Shown: piece by piece, positions 58,386 to 64,000 of the stretch | Numbering within the stretch: the stretch's first letter is position 1 | Layout: each line of letters starts with the position of its first letter | Assembly (NCBI RefSeq): GCF_031769215.1 | Contig: NW_026782330.1 | Coordinates: 496,001-560,000, forward strand | Source of the DNA: Ylistrum balloti | Taxonomy: Eukaryota | Direction of reading: 5' to 3' | Length of the DNA stretch: 64,000 nucleotides | Program-made: the position numbers and the translations under genes | The notes under the pieces: model-generated | Database searches by the model: none | What the model saw: only the letters and a program-made list of their open reading frames with translations | Told to the model about the DNA's origin: nothing

Positions 58386-59414
58386 CGCAGCTTTCGATAG
58401 ACCAACTTGTTCTATGTAAGTCAATGGCCTAAATGTTGTGACAGAACTGATATAATATATATATGTAAATTGTTGATACAAATCATGCTTGTTATTTCGC
58501 AGTTACATGTAATGATATGGCACTTCTGCTCAATGTTTGTTATTTTTTATGCACTTTTTGTGTGATATTTTGAGTAATCAATATTTTTTCTATTTATAGT
58601 TTGTTGTCAGATTATGCTTTGTAAATTGTATGTTGTTCATAATTGGATATTTTATTTTTTAGATGCTTATCATGTGAAGTAATGTTTGCTTTGTATCTTT
58701 AATGATGGGTTGTTCCAGAAAGTTGCCATATATAATTAATTCTTGCTCACAAGAATGTCCATTCCCATCAGTGTTCTCATTCTGTTTATACACTTTAAAC
58801 CCAGTGCTTCTAATTATTTCTGTTTTTTGCAATGGGTCAAGTTAAGAATGAACCACCAAGAGCATGTTTTCTGTATAAAAGATGAAATATGGAGCAGCTC
58901 AGTACATCAAATAGTACATGCAGTGTTAATGCAGGGGTTGAAAATCAGATGTCAAGTTTTACATTTCATTGATTAGTATTCCGTTTCATCTATCAGCGTT
59001 AGGTACCACAGGTGTGAGTCTTTGTTTTTAGATTTATGCAGATATTGGAAATATTTTTTAAAGTAATGCAATGCCTTAGAATTACATTCCAAGGGAAATA
59101 TAACACATAATCATTTCTACGTGTTAATTTGTTGATGATTTCCACGTGTTAATTTGTTGATGATTTCCACGTGTTAATTTGCCGCGTGGTATTCAACAGG
59201 ACCGATTGTTTCATTAATCTCATAAATCCAGGGAAAATATCCCATCATAACACTAACATATGTTCATTCATCTTTATTTATTTCATAAGCTCCCTACATC
59301 CCTCCTGTGTACTTTGTAATATGTTTTGTGTACAGGAGGCTGTCTACATAAAATCTCCCAACGATATCAGCCCACCATCATTACAGGGTGGAATTTTTTA
59401 ATTGTATTTGGTAA

Positions 59415-59878
59415 AGGTGAAGGACACTTATGTAAGCTGGCTTGTAGAGGTGAAGGACACTTATGTAAGCTAGCTTGTAGAGGTGAAGGACACTTATGTA
59501 AGCTAGCTTGTAGAGGTGAAGGACACTTATGTAAGCTAGCTTGTAGAGGTGAAGGACACTTATGACAGCTAGCTTGTAGAGGTGAAGGACACTTATGTAA
59601 GCTAGCTTGTAGAGGTGAAGGACATTTATGTAAGCTAGCTTGAAGAGGTGAAGGACACTTATGTAAGCTAGCTTGTAAAGGTGAAGGACACTTATATCAG
59701 CTAGCTTGTAGAGGTGAAGGACACTTATAACAGCTGGCTTGTAGTGGTGAAGGACACTTATGTAAGCTAGCTTGTAAAGGTGAAGGACACTTATGTAAGC
59801 TAGCTTGTAAAGGTGAAGAACACTTATATCAGCTAGCTTGTAGAGGTGAAGGACACTTATGACAGCTAGCTTGCTATA
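59415..59878. repeat. 33 bp minisatellite
   Basis: Unit gtgaaggacacttatgtaagctagcttgtagag, about 14 copies, with internal palindrome aagctagctt. Confidence 0.94.
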
Positions 59879-60134
59879 AGGAGCATTATGACAGTTAGCT
59901 AGCTACTGTTCAGAAATCTTCATGTCCTTTTTTTGTTTTATGCATGTTTCAGATAAGTCCTAGTTGTGCTGTGCAACTTTGAAGAATGGTCAGGTTTATA
60001 CATATAGATTTGAACTTCCATATTTCAGAGTGGTCAATTTATAGTAAAATCATTATGAATGAATGTTGGAATTTTATTCCAAGTGCTCCTGGATACTGTG
60101 TGATGGTCATAGAGTCCAGATCAAGTTAAGTATC

Positions 60135-61025
60135 ATTGAAATGGTAAACACAACACAACATCACAGGTCCAGTAAGTCATACTTATCCTTGTAGTGGTAA
60201 ACACTACACAACATCACAGGTCCAGTAAGTCATACTTATCCTTGTAGTGGTAAACACTACACAACATCACAGGCCCAGGAAGTCATACTTATCCTTGTAG
60301 TGGTAAACACTACACAACATCACAGGTCCAGTAAGTCATACTTATCCTTGTAGTGGTAAACACTACACAACATCACAGGTCCAGTAAGTCATACTTATCC
60401 TTGTAGTGGTAAACACTACACAACATCACAGGTCCAGTAAGTCATACTTATCCTTGTAGTGGTAAACACTACACAACATCACAGGCCCAGTAAGTCATAC
60501 TTATCCTTGTAGTGGTAAACACTACACAACATCACAGGTCCAGTAAGTCATACTTATCCTTGTAGTGGTAAACACTACACAACATCACAGGTCCAGTAAG
60601 TCATACTTATCATTGTAGTGGTAAACACTACACAACATCACAGGTCCAGGAAGTCATCTTTTTCCTTGTAGTGGTAAACACGACACAACATCACAAGTCC
60701 AGTAAGTCATACTTATCATTGTAGTGGTAAACACTACACAACATCACAGGTCCAGGAAGTCATCTTTTTCCTTGTAGTGGTAAACACGACACAACATCAC
60801 AAGTCCAGTAAGTCATACTTATCATTGTAGTGGTAAACACGACACAACATCACAAGTCCAGTAAGTCATACTTATCATTGTAGTGGTAAACACTACACAA
60901 CATCACAGGTCCAGGAAGTCATCTTTTTCCTTGTAGTGGTAAACACGACACAACATCACAAGTCCAGTAAGTCATACTTATCATTGTAGTGGTAAACACT
61001 ACACAACATCACAGGTCCAGGAAAT
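60135..61025. repeat. 53 bp minisatellite
   Basis: Unit gtggtaaacactacacaacatcacaggtccagtaagtcatacttatccttgta, about 17 copies. Confidence 0.95.
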
Positions 61026-61734
61026 CATGATAAGGGATAATCATGTCGAAGTTAAAGCCATAATGATATTATACTTCACAACACAATTTAGGATATTGTT
61101 GGTAATTGACTATAACTGTACATTGATGAAGCTAAAAGATCAAAGTCTTGAAGGTCGTACATTCTATAAATATTTGATCATGTCAGCAACTGCTTCCTCA
61201 GGATAATAACAGTGATACTGTTTACTGATGTGACCTCTGATGATGGGTACCGAAGTACCATCTCTTCATTATTTTATTAATTAGTCCCAAATAATATCAC
61301 TTCACCATCTGCATAGCCACTTATGTATATAAATATGTTTAACTTCTGTCTTTTGTGTGAGGTTATTTTCATATTATATTGTAATTTTATTTATTTATTA
61401 TTTTGAGAAATCATAATACCAGTAATAGTGTGTTTAAAATCATTGTAATACCTGTACCAGTAACAGTGTGTTTAAAATCATTGTAATTAATGTACCAGTA
61501 ATAGTGTGTTTAAAGTCATTGTAATTAATGTACCAGTAATAGTCATTGTAATTAATGTACCAGTAATAGTGTGTAAAATATTCAGTTTTCATGTTGACAT
61601 TATAAGTCACATTTGTAAACATTTTTAAAAAACAACAATGTTTTGATTTAATGAATTTTGGATAATATATGTTAACACTTACAGATTTTTGACATTTCAG
61701 TATAATTCTGAAACTGTATACCAGGTAACCATTA

Positions 61735-61900
61735 TAACTGATAGATTATATCACAAGATTATTACTGATTATATCACATTATTACTGATTATATCACAAC
61801 ACTATTACTGATTATATCACAACATTATTACTGATAGATTATATCACAACATTATTACTGATTATATCACAACATTATTACTGATATTTTATATCACTCC
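61735..61900. repeat. ~23 bp degenerate tandem repeat
   Basis: attattactgattatatcacaac units. Confidence 0.8.
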
Positions 61901-62714
61901 TGTGGAAATTATAAATGTTATCTTTGAATATAATTCCTCTGATTTTGATGACATTTTTATACACATAATTTCTGGTTTAATATTTGCCATTTGAAATTTT
62001 ATTTAAAGAATCGAGATTGATGCTACAGTAGTCCTGAAGCCGGAATTCAAACAAAGTACAGCTCTATGTTTTTTGTTATTGCTGTCAATTTAGTAAAAGT
62101 GCCATTATTTCTATTTATTGCGGAAGCTAAATCAATTGGCCTTCATTTATTCAATAAGTTAAATAAATTGAGGGACTCTTTGATAGCTTAATAAGACAGA
62201 GGAATGAGAAAATAAGCAAGGACTCTCCGATGGCCGAATAAGACAAAGGACTATAAACTGTGACACTAATTTTTTATTGCTGAAACAACTGTATCCGTTA
62301 TTTCTGGCATCACCATAGTGTTATGATACCCGAATCATACCAGATCTATTATTTGTGTATGTTACATAAAGGCCAAATAAGGGAATCAGCTGTAATAAGT
62401 TTGTTTTAATATATAGATATATTTATGTGTGGTAAAGAAATGGATCTCAAAATGTCATTTCTGTCATTACATGTTATATACAATTTAGTGTACAGCATGC
62501 TGTAATATGTTTATTTAACTTACATGCCGGTATTTTGAAACTAATATTTTTGTCTTTCAAGTCTCTCCAAAACACAAATATAATCAGACCATTTACTGGG
62601 ATAGTGAAGTTGTACATACATAACGGGACCAATGCATAAGTAAGAAAGTTTTATTCAATGTTGCTTACATTGATTAAAAAAAAAATGACAAAAAAGGGCA
62701 TTGTGGATCGTAAC

Positions 62715-63315
62715 ATCAATTTCATCAGGAGAGATTAGGGACCAGTACAATAATGACATCAGGAGAGATTAGGGACCAGTACAATAATGACATCAGGAGA
62801 GATAGGACCAGTACAATAATGACATCAGGGGAGATAAGGGACCAGTACAATAATGACATCAGGAGAGATAGGACCAGTACAATAATGACATCAGGGGAGA
62901 TAAGGGACCAGTACAATAATGACATCAGGGGAGATAAGGGACCAGTACAATAATGACATCAGGGGAGATTAGGGACCAGTACAATAATGACATCAGGGGA
63001 GATTAGGGACCAGTACAATAATGACATCAGGTGAGATTAGGGACCAGTACAATAATGACATCAGGGGAGATGACATAGGGACCAGTACAATAATGACATC
63101 AGGGACCAGTACAATAATGACATTAGGGACCAGTACAATAATGACATCAGGGGAGATTAGGGACCAGTACAATAATGACATCAGGGGAGATTAGGGACCA
63201 GTACAATAATGACATCAGGGGAGATTAGGGACCAGTACAATAATGACATCAGGGGAGATTAGGGACCAGTACAATAATGACATCAGGTGAGATTAGGGAC
63301 CAGTACAATAATGAG
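62715..63315. repeat. 33-34 bp minisatellite
   Basis: Unit gggaccagtacaataatgacatcaggggagatta, about 18 copies. Confidence 0.94.
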
Positions 63316-64000
63316 ATTTATTCATCATCACATCAGTTGAAAATATCAAGAATTTCAACTAAAATGCTTGAAGCTGACATCATCTTTACATAGGTTTGTT
63401 TCAAAATTTTAGGATTGTTTGAGAGATGGGTACATGACATGAATCAGATTAGCTCCTTTTGTTTAATGCACTTTTATCTGGCTGTGGTGTCTAGCTTATT
63501 CCTAGACATTGATGTAGATTGAAATTTGTTAGATTACAATTTAATTAATTTTATAGTGTTTTAATCACATTTGAAAATTAAATGTCTGTCTACAATATTA
63601 TGCTGTGATAGGCATACAGTTCACTATTGTAGATGTTCATACTTGTATCATGTACATTGTTGTTTTGCACATCACCTTTGGAGTTACTTGTGATTTTGAA
63701 TATTTAAGAAATATTTGGGAAATGATTGATTTCCTAAGGGCAGATTGAATACGAGTAAGAAAGTGATCACTAGTCGAAGAGTGAGAGTGAAATTTCAGGC
63801 TTCAAGTGCTGTGAATATTTGCATATGATTGGAGTAGTTAAACTTTTTTTTACTATATTACAAAGTTGTTTTCTTGGCCTAAATAAGGTTTGATATATTT
63901 ATTGTCCTCATTGACATGCAGTGGGAAGGTAAAATTATAAGACAGGAAATATTGATATAGGTAGTAGTATTAATATTAAGTTAAGAATGTTTAAACTGCT

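Noticed and set aside
56387-58405. 672 aa Cys-rich minus-strand ORF (ELDQCLCSLHSPQTAAL repeats)
   Set aside because: It coincides exactly with a 51 bp (3n) minisatellite whose unit lacks a stop in that frame; there is no unique domain, signal peptide or splice context.
60029-60127. IMNECWNFIPSAPG, faintly like a tyrosine-kinase C-terminal motif
   Set aside because: Too short, lacks the conserved RP, ends in a stop, and no other kinase exons are nearby.

Overview
AT-rich, intron-containing animal genomic DNA; the dispersed-repeat types and dense minisatellites suggest a bivalve mollusc (inference). By manual splice-site and reading-frame reconstruction, five protein-coding genes are supported: B9D1 (+, 6 coding exons), a class A GPCR resembling adenosine/amine-type receptors with altered motifs (-, 5 exons, ~315 aa), a caspase with a very long acidic intersubunit linker (+, 5 exons, ~402 aa), RPL18 (-, 7 exons, 188 aa, 5' TOP motif) and a sphingosine kinase (+). 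The kinase has two diverged, intact copies of its N-terminal PH-like first exon, both able to splice in frame to one shared catalytic body. About a quarter of the window is unrelated 29-66 bp minisatellites. Several of these overlap or abut exon landmarks and amplify real splice sites or the stop codon into decoy copies. Non-autonomous Helentron/HINE-like elements, a nested MITE and several intronic H/ACA snoRNA candidates in RPL18 are also present. No CRISPR, rRNA or tRNA was seen. All coordinates were counted by hand and repeat boundaries are approximate.
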